From positions 61,752,001 to 61,816,000 of the forward strand of contig OX597817.1 of the NCBI GenBank assembly GCA_951406725.2: DNA of 64,000 nucleotides, given 5' to 3'. The notes below the pieces were generated by a model. That model was given only the letters and a program-made list of their open reading frames with translations. It was not told the origin of the DNA and ran no database searches. Every line of letters begins with the position of its first letter. Position 1 is the first letter of the stretch. The stretch is from Octopus vulgaris (taxonomy: Eukaryota). Below are positions 11,290 to 25,344 of the stretch, one piece after another. The position numbers were made by a program, and so were the translations under genes.

Positions 11290-14200
11290 CTGTTATTAAA
11301 GCCTGAGCAAATTCCATCTTCAGCACTCCCGAACCACCAGCCCGGCATCCAGACAGCCTTTCCTATAAGTGGCATCCATATGAACTGGAGTCTAGGATAT
11401 TTGGAGAAGACGGTGTGACGGTGTGACGGGTGACATGAGCCTGTACCACTTACAACAAATTCACTGTTGGGGTAATTTAAAAGCAAGCTGAAAGTCCTAT
11501 GGTGACAGGAATGTGTAAAGGATGTTGCTGAAAGTTCTTAGCCAGAGTCCCACATGACCATCTCATGACATTCCATATACCCAGAGGTAATTCCTCATCG
11601 AAACACACATTATCAGTGTATATGCACTTACATTATCAGCATCCAAGCAAAAACATAAAATCTTCTACTCTGAATTTCAGACATTTGGCATCATGTCCTG
11701 ACAAAGTCATATTGATGGGTGATTTTAATGCCAGAATAAGTCACAAACACACAGTGTTGTCAAAAGTGATAGGAAACCATTGAACAAGAATGAAGAATGC
11801 AAGAGGTTTGGTCTTTCTGTTAAAAGTTTGGTCTAACAATCACAAACACAGGCTTTCTGTAGGCAGATAAATACAAAAACACCTGGAAGCACCCCTGATA
11901 TGGTAACTGGAACCTGTCTGAGACTATGTCATCACTAAGAGCAAATATTGCAGTGATTTCAGATTAACCAAAACTCACAAAACTCCTGAGTGTTACTCAA
12001 ATCACAGAATAGTCTGTAGTAAGGTATTTGCTAAACCATATACAAAGAGACCACTGAGATCCAGTATACCTTTGAGAAAAAAATACTCCAGAAATAACAA
12101 AAGTTTTGAAATGCATCTAAAGTCAGAGCTTCAGAACATGGCAGAAAGCAATGATCCTCATATTTTGGGGCAAAATATTTGTGACGGCATCAAATCATCC
12201 ACTGAAGAAGTTCTAGGATTGAGCAAAGACAAGCATCAAAATTGGTTTGATGAGAATGATTCTCAAATGAAACTTCTCCTGAAAACTATGCACAAAAGAC
12301 ACAAGACATGAATCTCAAACAAAAGCTCACCATCACACATATCTCTATACATCTCTGAGAAAACTACTAAGAAAAAGCTGCATGAGAGGAAAGATTCTTG
12401 GTGGGTAAAAAAAAGCCCAAGAATTGGAACAGGCTGCTAACTCTTACACCATAAGAGCATTGTATGACAGTGTGAAAGGTGTATTTGGTCTAAAAAACGG
12501 GGTGGTACGGAATCAGTTCTTTCAAATGGCAGGTCAAAACCCTTAAGTAGGAAAGGTGAAATTCTGAAAAGATGGGCTGAATACTTTAAATCTATATTAA
12601 ATCAAGAATCCACTTCTGATCCTGAACTTATCAATGAAATCCTTCAAAGGCCTATAATTGAGGAACTTGCAGAAGATCCTTCTTTGGATCAAAAAGTATT
12701 CCAATGGTAAAGCTCCTGGACAAGACAGTATTCTCATTGAAGTGTACAATCATGGTAGTAGACTATTTGTAAGAAAGCTGCAGAAATTGATCTGTTTAAT
12801 CTGAGTAACTGAATCTATCCCCACCCCCCTATAATTCAGAGATGCATCCATAAGGCACCAGTACAACAACAAGGGGAAGAAGAGTGGATGTGATAATCAT
12901 AGGGGAATAAGTTTGTTGTGCATAGCTGCAAAAAACCTTACGAGGGTGATCCTTAACTGCATTAATAAGCAAGTAGTAAACAGCATAGATCTTGAACCCC
13001 AATGTGGATTTTGGGCTGGGAGAGGCACAACTGACATAATTTTTGTCTTTTGGCAAGTTCAAGAAAAGGCACATGAACAAAATACTGACTTGTGCATTGC
13101 CTGTGTCAATTTGACCAAGGCCTTTGATACTGTGAATTGTGAGATGCTCTGGAAAATTTTGTCAAAAGTTGGTCCTCTTGATAAAAGAATAAGGATAACA
13201 CAAAGGAATGATGGCCACAGTGAGATCTAACAGTCAATGTTCAGAGGCATTTTCTGGTGCCACTGGAAACAAATAGGGATGTATTTTAGCCCCTGTACTT
13301 TTTTCCATATTCTTTTCAATGATGCTCCAACATGCTTTTAGGGATAACCATGAAGGTGTAAAAAAGGAGGTCTACTAAAGGTAAAAGGGCAAAGTTTCAG
13401 ATCAAAGAAAACGACCAAGGGAGAGATTCTATGTAACTGACTTTCTGCTGATGATTGCGTTTTGGTTTCTCATACATTTCTGGGAATTCAGGAAACAGCT
13501 GACAGGTTTGCTGCGACAATTTGTGCATTTGGGCTGACTGTCTGGATTGAAAAGACTGAAGTTTTATTGCAACCAAGGCTTGGGGCAGAACATGGATCAA
13601 GATTAAAATGTTATGATTGATGGTAAACGAGTAGTCTTGATGATGAAACTAATATTAGAATATCTAAGGCTACAAATGCTTTTGAAAAACTTTCCCCTCA
13701 TTTATGGAATGACAACAGTGTGTGTCTGAGAACTAAAATAAGCAAATCTTGGATTTTGAGCAGACTGTTATATGGGGCAGAAGCATCGACTCCTTGCTAC
13801 AGACATATAAAGCAACTTGAAACCTTTCACATCTGCTGTCTGCAGAATATCTGCAACATAAAATGGCAAGATAAGATATGAAATATCAAAATCTTTAAAA
13901 AATATCATATCTCTAGTATCAGATGCATGCTGATGGGCATTCAGTGCAGATGGGCAGGACATGTTCAAATGAAAGATGACTGTATTCCAAAACTGCTTTT
14001 ATATGGTCAACAAACATAGGGATAACATGGTAAAGGAAGCCCAGTCCTTGGATATAATGGTAAGTTGAAGAAATCACCAAAGTCTCTACAACTTAATTTG
14101 TCATCTTGGGAAACTCATTGCCGAGATCAATCTGCATAACCTAAAATGTGTGATGATGCACCAAACAATTTGAATTGAAGAAACAGAACAAGAAAAAAGT

Positions 14201-14340
14201 TCTATTCCGCAATCAACAGACGCAGTTGGCCAATCTCAGGCAAAATCAAAATCACCAGTGTCCCCAGGGTGACTACAGAGCAAAGTCCATACCTGGACCC
14301 GAATTTAATTCACACATCCATTGAAGATAGATGCAGCTTC
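11290..14340 (+). mobile_element. Degenerate RTE-clade LINE (APE endonuclease + RT)
   Basis: ILMGDFNAR, KHQNWFDEND, EPQCGFWAGRGTTDIIF...DLCIACVNLTKAFDTV; many stops and frameshifts. Confidence 0.9.
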
Positions 14341-17300
14341 TTTTATATTTTATTTTAAAATTTTTTTTTCTTTGTCTCACATTTTTATTTTTTAAATCCA
14401 CTCTTTCAAACAGTAATACATTGAAATTGATGGGAGTGATGATCATTTACTTAATGGTGTCACTGTTTGTAGTTCATCTTACATGATGATAGTAATGACT
14501 GGGAAAAAATAAATATTGTGTTTAACATGTCATGAGAAAAACAAAGCATATCCCTGGTCAACCTTTTGAATCACAAAAACCAAAACTACAAGTCAGAAGC
14601 ATAGCTAGAATGTGTGCCACCAAGTACAGACTCTTGAGTTAATCCCCATCACATAAGGTCCCCCCACTCTACAAAGCATACATAGACTTATGCAGCAGAC
14701 CCAAAAGTGTTTCGCCGACCCCATTTTCTGCACCCTCCTCTCCAGGCTACAGCAACAGTGTTTTATTGTATCAGAGAAGTTTTGTGAAAGAGACTCCACA
14801 AATGAATGATGATCGAACCAGATGTAATATTAAACTTAATAATAAATGTAATATCAAATTAAATGTAGCTGTTATGATGGAAAGCTGTTATGATGGAAAG
14901 CCTATTGCCAGTGTTGACTCAGCATCCCTTACACTTTGGGCTACTCTTTTATATTAGATAAGAACAAGTGGAGGAGAGATTGGGTACCATTCTATCTCTG
15001 GATGCCCGCGTTTACCAATGGGAGTAGTTATACTCAACATTAGATAGGTGCAAGCATGGCTGTGTGGTAAGAAGTTTGTTTTCCAACCTCATAGTCTTGG
15101 GTTCAGTCCTATTGTGTGGTACCTTGGGCAAGTGTCTTCTACTCTAGCTAGATTTAGTAGATGGAAAGTGAAAGAAACACATTGTGTGTGTGTGTGCGTG
15201 CATGCATATGTGCATGTGTATATTACTATTTCATTGCCTTGACTTTGCAGGGGGAGCTGTAAGCAAGTGTCAGTGTCACGCAAGCTGTGTAGTTTGTTGT
15301 TAATCTTCCACGAAAACATGTCTACTCATGGCGGAAATCTTACTTGACTTGGAAAGAGAATTGGTAACAGGAAGGATATTCAGCCATAGTAACATCTGCC
15401 TCAACAAATTGCATCAGGCCCATGAAAAAGTTGACATTAAAATTTTCATGATTCTAAGAAGAACCCTTGAAATCACTTGTCAGTTTTATATTGTGATGTC
15501 AGGTTTCCAGAGGGTAAGTTTTATGTGAAATAAAGGTTAGATGCAACGGCAGGATATTCAATGATTTTAACTTTGCAGTTTATTTGAACCTGATATTATA
15601 TAGATATGTATAAGTAGCCTTCATTGATTATCCAAACATTGTAGGTATCTGTCTTTATTATTAGCATATTAGGTCAACTTTGCCTTTCATCCTTTTGGGG
15701 TTGATATAATGAAGTGCCAATCAAGTACTGGGGTCACTAGAATCAAATTGTCCTAATCCTCAAAACTGCTGGCTTTGGGCCAAAATTAGAAAGAATTATT
15801 AATTTATTAGCTTAGTCTTGTTCGCTTTCTGAGTGATACCTTGCACAGGTGTGTCTTCCACTACAGTCCCAGGTTGACAAAACCCTTATTGGTAGATTTG
15901 GCAGAGAGAAACTGAAACTAGACTATTGAATGTGTGTGTGTGTGTATATATATGTGTGTGTTTATATGTATGCGTGTGTGTGTAACCTTGTCTTGACATC
16001 ATTAGATAGTTGTAAATAAACATCATTGTCATCAAATTAATTTCAAGTCTTCAGTGAAAAAAAAAAAATCTGGCCATGAGAAAACTATTACCTAGTTTGA
16101 AAACAGGCAAGGGTTGGTGACCAGAAGGGTATCTAACTGTGGAAAATCTGTCTCAACAAATTTCGTCTTACACATGCAAATAGATGTATTATGATGATGA
16201 TAAATATATGTCTCAAAATCCTTTTGCGTTGAAGGCATTAGCTATACATAGTTTCAACATACACTAAAACTCCAAATAACTGATGGTTAGAGCATGTGTA
16301 TTCTAGTTTTTAGAATAGAACACTATCACTACACATCATAAGAAATGTGCTGAAGGTCTGACTTAAGGAAGGGCACCTGGCTATAGAACAATCAATGGAC
16401 CTTTTGGAAACCTTTCCTTAATTTTGACTATGGATGAGGTCTCTCATCCCAGCTTGGGAAAGCAGGCACAAAAATGGTGGTGGTGGTGGTGGTAGTGGAA
16501 GGTGGTGATGTTAGTGGTGGTGGAGGCAGCAGCAGTGGTGGAGGCAGCAGCAGTGGTGATGGTGGATGGTGTTGTTGATGCTGCTGCTGCTGATGATGAT
16601 GATCTTCTAAAGCCACTTCTGTAACAAAAATTTTTTAAAATCAAACAGAAAATATACAACAGTCTATATACATGAGTTTCTTTGTCTATCATATTCACTA
16701 CATCTGCAACCAGTAATATCACAAGCACCACCATCATCATCATCATCACCACCACCACCAACAACAACAACAACAACAACAGCCATCTTAGAAGATAATT
16801 ACAATAATTACTAGCAAATAAATTGTGCAGTGTTTCATGTTTACAAATGTCAGTTTTAAAGATTTATTTGCTCAACAACATTTACCCATATTTCCAATGC
16901 CTTCACCATCAATAACACCACTTAATAAGATCTCTATCTCAATCTCTATGACACAATTTCTACTTTGATGTGTCTATAACAATATGATTGTCGAGAAATA
17001 ATTATCCTGTTTCCTTTTCCTTTCCTTTTTTCCTTGTCTCACTCAATTGCGTTTCATAATTACATTGTATCAATTTGAGTTTCAAAAATTTCCTCTTCTT
17101 GTCAATTCTGATAAATGATGGATGATGAAGTAATTTTGGTCAGTTGATCAGAATATAATTTCAACTGTTGATCATCAGTCGTCCAGTAACACTACGTAGG
17201 AGGGTGTTGTGTTAATTGGCAGAAATATGAGAACACTAGACTAAAATGTTTTGCAGAAGTTGGTTTTGTTTTTCCTTTTACATTTCAAGAGGTCACCAAT

Positions 17301-18081
17301 TTGGGTCGTTATCCTTCTACAATCAATTGATCAAGCACTAGTAATAAATGGCTAATTATTTAATCGACTAATTCATATCCCACACTTATAAAAAAAAATG
17401 GCACAAGCGGAAATTGGAATTCGTAAATGTCATACTTATCATGGTGGAATATCAAATACAGGTGCAGGCATTGTTGTATAGTTAAAGAATTTACTTTGCA
17501 GCCTCATAGTTTAAGGTTCAATCCTTGGCCTTGTGCATTTGGCAGATGAAAACTATGCACAAGTCTATTCTATAGATTAATATACTCCAGGGTTTCCTTC
17601 ATCTCGCAAAAAGACAAGAAGGTTATGGATGAAATTCCTTTCATTATAGGTCTGCTCAATGACAAAAACAATGAAGGAACCTTATACTCCAAGAGAACCC
17701 ATCCCACAGCTAATTGCCACCTCTATCTTTCAAACCTCTAGTCCTAAAACAAAAAACTTCCCTTAATCTTCCATCCCAGATATGCCCTCCTCCCTCTAGA
17801 ACCTGTCATATCCAATCGCATTCATCTCACTCATCTGTGAATGGGATGCAGAGGTCATTGAGTGCTGTCTCTTTTTTCTGACAAAATGATTATTTTTAGT
17901 TTTTGGTACAAAGACAACAATTTTAAATTAATTAAATTAACTGCTTTGAACCCAGTGTTCAAATGGTACTTATTTTATTTTAGCCCCCAAAGGACGAAAG
18001 GTTAAAGTTAACATCAGCAGTATTTGAACTCCAAACATGGATTCGAAAGAAATAAAACTGAGGATTCTTCCAGCTTGCCAC

Positions 18082-18420
18082 ATGAACTAGCTTGCCGCCT
18101 GAACTAGCTTTCCACCTGCATTAACTTGCCACATGCATTAGCTTTCCACCTGAATTAACTTGCCACCTGCATTAGCTTTCCACCTGAATTAACTTGTCAC
18201 CTGAAATAACTTGCCACCTGCATTAGCTTTCCACCTGAATTAACTTGCCACCTGAACTAGCTTTCCACCTGAATTAACTTGCCACTTGAATTAGCTTTCC
18301 ACCTGAATTAACTTTCCACCTGAATTAACTTGCCACCTGAACTAGCTTTCCACCTGAACTAGCTTTCCACCTGAAATAACTTGCCACCTGCATTAGCTTG
18401 CCACCTGAACTAGTTTCGCA
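18082..18420. repeat. 17-bp minisatellite, about 20 units
   Basis: Units of the type ctgaattaacttgccac / ctgcattagctttccac. Confidence 0.95.
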
Positions 18421-19131
18421 CCCTACTGACAAAGTAATAATTTCTAATGAAGGCAGAAGTTCAGAAATTTTAAGAGCAATGTTTATTCGATAACGTTGAT
18501 CCCAATTATTGACTGATGCTTTATGAATTCTATTGACCCTGAAAGAGTGAAAGACAAAGTTAACCTTGGTGGGATTTGAACTCAAAACACAAGGACTGAA
18601 ACTACATATTGGTTTCAAATTTAGGTACAAGGCCAGCAATTTAAGAGGAGGGGTGGATAAGTTGAACATATTGACCCCCAGCACTCAACTGGAACTTATT
18701 TTATGAAGCCCAAAACGATGAAAGGTAAAGTTGGCCTTGGCAGGAATTGAACTCAGAATGTAAAGAGCCAGAATATATAGTGCAAGGGGTTTAGTCAATG
18801 CTCTAATGATTCTGCCAATGTATTATCTTTTTCTAACTAAATAACAAGAACTATCAATACTACCAACACAAGTTCCAATATGGCCACTGCCACCACCACC
18901 GATATTACAGTCGTTATCGATAGAACTACTTTCTTCAAACAGGGAACTTCTCATACATGGTTACTTAACTCATTGGATAAAGTAACCATTTCCTTCTTAA
19001 AAATGAAATGGACCCTTTGGATAGTGCAGCATCTGATATAGGAAACCTGGAAAAAAGTCAAGATTGCAACTGCTTGAATATATTTTATATCTACTCAATC
19101 AAAGCCTACCTGGGGCTGAAGCAACATCGTT

Positions 19132-19190
<59 letters not shown>

Positions 19191-20770
19191 GTGAGTCAGT
19201 GAGTGACTGTGTGTGTGTGTGTGTGTGTGTGAGTGAGTCAGTGAGTGTGTGTGCGTGAGTGATTGTGTGTGTGAGTGAATATGTGTGTAAGTGATCATCA
19301 TCACCACCACCATCATCATCATTTAATGTGTTTTCTGTGCCGGTGGCAAGGGCTTGATGATTGAACAGAAGCTAGCAAGCCAGCCAAAGGACTGCACCAA
19401 GCTGCTTTGACATGGTTTCTATGGCTGGATGCCCTTCCAAATGCCAGTTTACAAAGTGAACTGAGTTCAATCCCGAGTAACCCACAAGACCTCTCAACTG
19501 AGGGAGGTGGCTTTATGCTAGGAAATGAGAGGTTAAAGTATGTAGGGGAGGTACATGGTTATCCCAGTTGGAAAAGGGAGAAGATGGTGGTGAAGATATG
19601 TGAGGGAAGGTGAGAAAAGGTTCAGAGGATTGGATAGGGGTGAATGAGTAGGTAAGCATATTCACGAGCGTGTGGCAGATGAGGTTAGAAGTGAATGCAG
19701 TGAGTGATGAATATGGATGGAGGTGTAATTAATTGTGAATAAAAGCTGGAGGAAGCATGGATGAGGGAGGTGATTGGTAGCAGCACAGGTGATGAAGCAA
19801 AAATGAAGAGAGAGTCCTTCTGCAGAGCCTTTGACAGGCAACTACATGTTGATTTAGGCAAGCACCAAGATCAGTCCAAAACAGACATGATCATCAGTTC
19901 TGGGATAATAAAACAACTGGTTGTGCCGGAATTTACCGTAGTTTGGAAAATGAGTAAGAAATGTACAGATGAGGATAGAAATGCCAGAACAGAGACTGAA
20001 AAATGCACCTTAACCTAATAGAAGTGAGTGAGAAATTCTTATTCCAGGTATTCACTTTGCAAAAACATCAACCATTTGAGCATTTGCATTTTAGGATGAA
20101 TTAAGAAAAAAAAAAACAAAAACAAAGGTGGCCATTCAATCTGTGAGCAAAAACTAAGAGATAGCTACCATGTGAAACAGAATTAAAAGGGTTGATAAGT
20201 TGACAGGGGTTGCAGGGATGAAAGCTGGAGCCTGATAAATCTTGGCTAAGTCTCCTAGACAAGGGTATCTAATGTTAAATTATCCCAAAATACTTTACCT
20301 TCCTAGTCTACATCACTAAGAATGCATCTCAACTCATCCAGGAGATATAGCTTGCACATTGGGTATAGATATATTCATATGTTTATGCATATGTGCTTAC
20401 GCGTGTGTCTTGAAGCAAAGCAAGGGATTCATGTTAAAAGGCATAAACTTCCTAGATTACACGTTTCCATTCAAATTCTCCTCTGTTCATTTCTTAGTTT
20501 GATATCTTCTAAGCCAGGAGCCACAACAGCATACCACAAACCTGGTCTCTAGCTGCTTTCAGTAGAATTCATTCTATAGCAATCATTCAAACCAGTCTTT
20601 CAGCTCTCTCTACAAATTTTTTTTCCACTACACAAATAGACAAGGAAATGATTAATTCTAGCAATCTCACCTAGACTGTCACAGTCAAAGACCCTACCCC
20701 TTCTCTTCCATTGCCTTTTCTTTCTAATTTACAAAGAAAAATGAATAAAGACACAAGTATTTGTTCTTAC

Positions 20771-20908
20771 CAGCCATCATATATAGAGTTCCAGTTACCA
20801 TTACTAATGCAACTTGCTTCTTGAAAACAGCAATAATTCCAAGAGCTGAAGCTGTCATTAAATCTATCGTGCTAACAATTAAACACGATGCTGCAGATGT
20901 CTGCATTT
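20771..20908 (-). CDS. Internal exon of the same gene (two hydrophobic segments, putative TM2-TM3)
   Basis: Acceptor tctcttttccAG, 138-bp exon (K)MQTSAASCLIVSTIDLMTASALGIIAVFKKQVALVMVTGTLYMMA(G), donor GTAAGA. Phase 1/1. Confidence 0.9.
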
Positions 20909-20981
20909 CTGGAAAAGAGAAACAAAATCAATCACTAATGCTTACAATAATAAATATGAATATATATATATATATATATAG

Positions 20982-21855
20982 TAGTAACAGAAAAGAGGAA
21001 TTTCGATTATCCCCACAAGACAAATCGCTAAAGAGACTACTAACAAATGCAAAGCTTTACAAAACAACCACGAAACCAACGGCTGAAAAATGTGGACGCC
21101 CGAACTGTGGAACCTGCCCCAACCTGCTTGAAGGCTCGGATTTCCTTTTCAAACAAGGACAGAGGTTCACAATTAAAACTAGTTTCACCTGTGCCTCTGA
21201 GAACCTAATTTATGTAATAACCTGCTCGGGTTGCGGCCACAAGTATATTGTACAAACGAGTATGACCTTGAGAAAGAGAACCACTCTACATATGGAGCAA
21301 ATCCGTTTCCTGCAATACAGACAAATTCCTCTCAGTGAAGATATAGAAAAATGTGCAGGTAATATCAAACCAAATTTCACAGTCTTCCCTTTCTACCAGT
21401 GCAAAGACGCAATCTCTCAACTAGAACGTTTAAATAAAGAAACTTTTTTCATTGAAAAATACAAAACACGTCTTAACCAACTTTTATATTTTTACATATT
21501 TCAATTCACGATTACATCACTGTACATAAATCCCCTACTAAACAAGGTTTTTGAAACCTGTCTCTGTTCTGTACACATATATAATCCCCACCCGTTACCG
21601 AAAGCCCAACAGTTATCTCCCTTACCCACAACAATAACAATAATAACGTCAACCAATTACCTCCCTTCATTTATCTACTTGTGAAGTCATTCACTCGTGA
21701 ATTTCATCACACACAACATGGACCAAATTTCTTCTTAAGAAAAAATATATATTCAAATAAGTAAAACATAATATCATGAATAGCGATAGCGAAACCGGTC
21801 GATATATTAAAAATTATATTAAAACTTCGTAAGTGTGTGTATTTTCCTTTTTTAA
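20982..21855 (+). mobile_element. 5'-truncated Penelope-like element: Cys-rich linker, GIY-YIG endonuclease and 3' pLTR
   Basis: Starts after (TA)n. CGRPNCGTCP...SFTCASENLIYVITCSGCGHKYIVQTSMTLRKR...E is the PLE GIY-YIG pattern; a hammerhead-like motif lies downstream. Confidence 0.9.
21771..21805 (+). ncRNA. Decayed minimal hammerhead motif in the Penelope 3' pLTR
   Basis: atatc-ATGAATA-gc gata gc-GAAAC-cg-GTC-gatat: helices I, II and III pair; two core substitutions relative to CTGAAGA. Confidence 0.6.
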
Positions 21856-24740
21856 ATTTGGTGTTTGTGGTTAGTTTTCTGTTTTTGCAGACTCTCTTTG
21901 TGAGCCTGGCAAACGTGGAGGATGCTCATCCAATTTGTTTGCTGATCTCAGGGCCCAGGGACAGATTGTCAGAGATGGTAGAGCCAAGGTAGGTGAACAC
22001 ACTACCTCTAGCTTGTAGTTGTTGATGGTGATGAAGGGGGTCATGCTTCATACCTTGGCCCAATACTTTGGTCTTCTTCAGACTGATAGTCAGGCTGAAT
22101 TTCTGACTGGTCTTTGAGAGTTTGTCCACAAGGTGTTGTATTTGCACTTCCGAGTGCACTGTCAGAGCTGCATAGTCCATGAACAGTCTATCTCTGATAA
22201 GCATTCTGATGAACCCTGCAGTTTTGACGGACTAAACAGCTTACCATCTGATTTGGAGTGAAGGTAGACACCATCAACTGATGTTCCATATGTGAGTTTT
22301 AGCATGTCTGTGAAAAGATTCCAAACAGGGTGGGGGCAATCATACAGCCCTGCTTCACACTGTTACATATGTTGAATGCCTGCAAAAAAGAGCAAGCAAA
22401 TTGAACGACACCTTTCGTTTCCATATGAAAAAATTGGACATCCTGAAGAGTCTTGGCGGACAGCCAATCTTGGCAAGGAATTTGAACAAGCCATCTCTAT
22501 TAAGTCAAAAGCCTTTTTAAGATCGAAGGAGGTGATGAAGAGTGGTTACCTTTGCTCTCAGCACTTCTGAAGAGAGAAGACCATGTCGATGGTGGAGCAT
22601 TCTGATCTGAAATCATATTGAGATTCAGAGTATAATTTCTCAGTAATTTTCTGTAGTCTGTTTAGGACCACATGGGCAAAGACCTTCCCAACAATGCTTA
22701 ACAGTGAAATGCAGTTCCTTTGTTCTTATATAGGGTGACAATGTTGCAGTCTCTCATGTCTCGTGGGGCTGTTCCCTCCTCCTAACACTGACACAGTAGC
22801 TTCAGCAAGTAGCTGAGTAGAACTCTCCTTGTATACCTGATGATTTCTGGTGGAATACTGTCTAAACCCAGTGCTTTTCCAGTAGGCAAGCCACCAATGG
22901 CCCTGCTCAATTCTTCAGTAGTTGGCAGTGTGTCCAGCTCCTCCATGATGGGTAGGTGTGCCATGGTGTTGTTTTCCTTGATGTAGAGTTTGGAATAATG
23001 TTCCAGCCATCTCTCCATCTGCTCTCTTTTGCTCCTGATGATCTTTCCCTGTTTTGAATTTCAGTGAAGCTATCTTGCTCTGGGTTAGGTTGATGGCTTT
23101 CTTCATACCCTCATACATTTCACGAATGCTGCCCATGCCAAACAACAATTGGTTGTCTTCACATCATTGTAACCAGTCGTCACTTGCACAGCATCTCACT
23201 ATCTTCTGTATGCTGTACTTTGCTGATCTCAATGCTGCCCTGGTCAGTTTGTGTTTGTGCTTCAGCAGGGTAGCGTGCTTCTCCTCCACGAGTGTGCTTG
23301 CCTCAAAACAGTCTCGTGTCATTTTTCTCCTCCTCCCCAAATCTCCCAATGCAATGCTTTGGATGATGTCCCTGAGAGAGTCTCATCTCTGTTGAACATT
23401 GCCTTCTCATGTGTCTGCAAGGAGGATATCTTCCAGTAACTAGTGAAATGCTTGCCTGGAGGCTAGGCACAGTGCATCGTTTTTGGTTGGAGTTTGAGAT
23501 TGCTACTGACCAGGGAGTGGCCTGTGTCATAGTTAGCACTCTGAAAGGACTGATTCAGGAGCACATTCCTCAGGTGGTTGCATCTGGTGATGATCAGATC
23601 TACCTAGTGCCATTGCCCTGAGTGAGGGTGATGCCAGAAGACCCTGTGTAGAGCTTTGGCCTGGGAGTAGGTGTTGGTGACACATAATCCATGGAGAATA
23701 CAAAGCTCAAGCAGCCATTACCCATTTTCATTCATGTTGCCAACCCCATACCAGGAGTCATGATCATCTCTCCCTCTAGTGTTGAAGTCACCATGTAGCA
23801 CCAGCTGTTCTCCATTTGGGATTGCCCGTATTGTCCTAGAGAGCTGACTGTAGAACTTATCCTTGGTATCTTGTGTGAAATAGAGGGTTAGGGCATAAGC
23901 ACTGATAAGGTTAACAGGCCCATCAGAAGTGTGCAATCGGAGTAGGAGTATCTGCTCTGAACCATTGCTGCTGAGTTCTACCAACTTCAGCAGAAAGTTC
24001 CTCATAGCAAAGCCAACACCATGCTCTCTGGCTTCAGGAATGCCTTTCCCTTGCCAGAAAAAGGTATATTCTTTTTCACGAAGGGTCCTCAAATCTGGGA
24101 GCCTCATTTTCTGGAGTGTGTGCCACTGATCTTTTGAAGATCCTCTGACAGCCCTTATGTTCCAACATCCATGTGTGAATGCTCATTTCTTGCACTGTTT
24201 GTTTATTTTCCTTAATGCAGTGTTTACAGTCCACAATTCAGGATATGAGTTTTCCTAAGCCCCATGCACCTGGTGGAGTAGGTGGGCTGTGATGGGGTAG
24301 CACTTAACTGGCTGGGAACTGCTCAGCTTGAGGCAAGAAGTAGCTGTCCAGAGAGGCCTAATGGCCTCTCCCTCCATCGAAAGCAGCCCCTGGCACCTTG
24401 CTCTTACACCAATCATGGTGTGCAGGCTTGAAACTGGTAGACTGCTGCTTTCCATGTTTTACAACTGCAGTTAGATGGCACCAGAGTATCCTCTGCAGGA
24501 TGTAGACCCAGGCAGTCTTTTCATGGGAGATCAGCAGTTGCCCATGTGTTATCCAAGGGAAGGGTGGGGGCCAATACAACTTGGCACCAGTGTGGGTGCA
24601 GGAGTTGCCAGAATGAGGTTGTCTGCAGCACTGAACTGTCTTAGGGACTCCAGTTCCAGATTTATCCTTGGGGGTTTACTCTTAGGTGAGTATTGCCACA
24701 AAGCAGCAGAGTTATTGCTGAGTGTCTTATGCAGGTAAGG
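21856..24740 (-). mobile_element. Degenerate RTE-clade LINE retaining its 5' UTR, 3'-truncated
   Basis: YTFFWQGK...EHGVGFAM...HGDFNTR; ERWLEHYSKL...GKALGLDSIPPE; FTYLGSTISDNLSL. Confidence 0.9.
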
Positions 24741-25069
24741 GCTTAATAAGCAGCACAGCTAATAATGAGACTTGCTTATTTTGATGGCTGTTGACTCTTC
24801 AGAGTTTATTTACTTTTTGACAGTTCTTGTATTTAATCTTGCAGGGTGACCAAACAGCAAGAAAAATACCCTCTGCACAAAGTAAGCTGTGTGGAGTTGC
24901 TGGCTTAGACACTGACAGCCCAATACCTTTGATTGAGTGGTTGAAAAATAAAAGTAAAAAAGAGAGAGAGAGAGAGAAAAAGAGGGTGGGGTCTGCAAGA
25001 GAGGGGTACAGAGAGAGAACACAACAGACTTTAGTAGTAGTATACTGTTATAGAAGCTAAAAGGTTTAA

Positions 25070-25289
25070 CCCTTTAGTGTTCAGATTACTCTGTTAAATG
25101 TAATACTTTTTCACTCAAATTGTTTTGAATTAATCATGCATTATGTTATATCTTTGAGGTTTCAATGATGTGATTGTCTATTTTTAGAATGTCAAAGTAG
25201 GTTAGGTGTAAGAGGCTGGATATGGCCAGTTTGAATATAAAACATGTAGAATATCTGGGCCAGATATGGCCGGTTTAAACACTAAAGGG
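25070..25289. mobile_element. piggyBac-like MITE (copy 2, opposite orientation)
   Basis: TTAA-CCCTTTAG...CTAAAGGG-TTAA. Confidence 0.85.
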
Positions 25290-25344
25290 TTAAATATCTC
25301 GAAGGACAGTGTAGGAGTTGCTGTTGCTTATTACCAGTGTTGTT

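Noticed and set aside
16428-16779. Poly-Q/P/T/H ORFs
   Set aside because: Trinucleotide microsatellites with no splice or homology support.
18082-18420. CRISPR-like array
   Set aside because: Contiguous 17-bp units without unique spacers, in a eukaryotic context.
20761-21684. 307-aa plus-strand ORF as a host gene
   Set aside because: Chance fusion of the antisense of a host exon, a (TA)n tract and a truncated Penelope GIY-YIG fragment.
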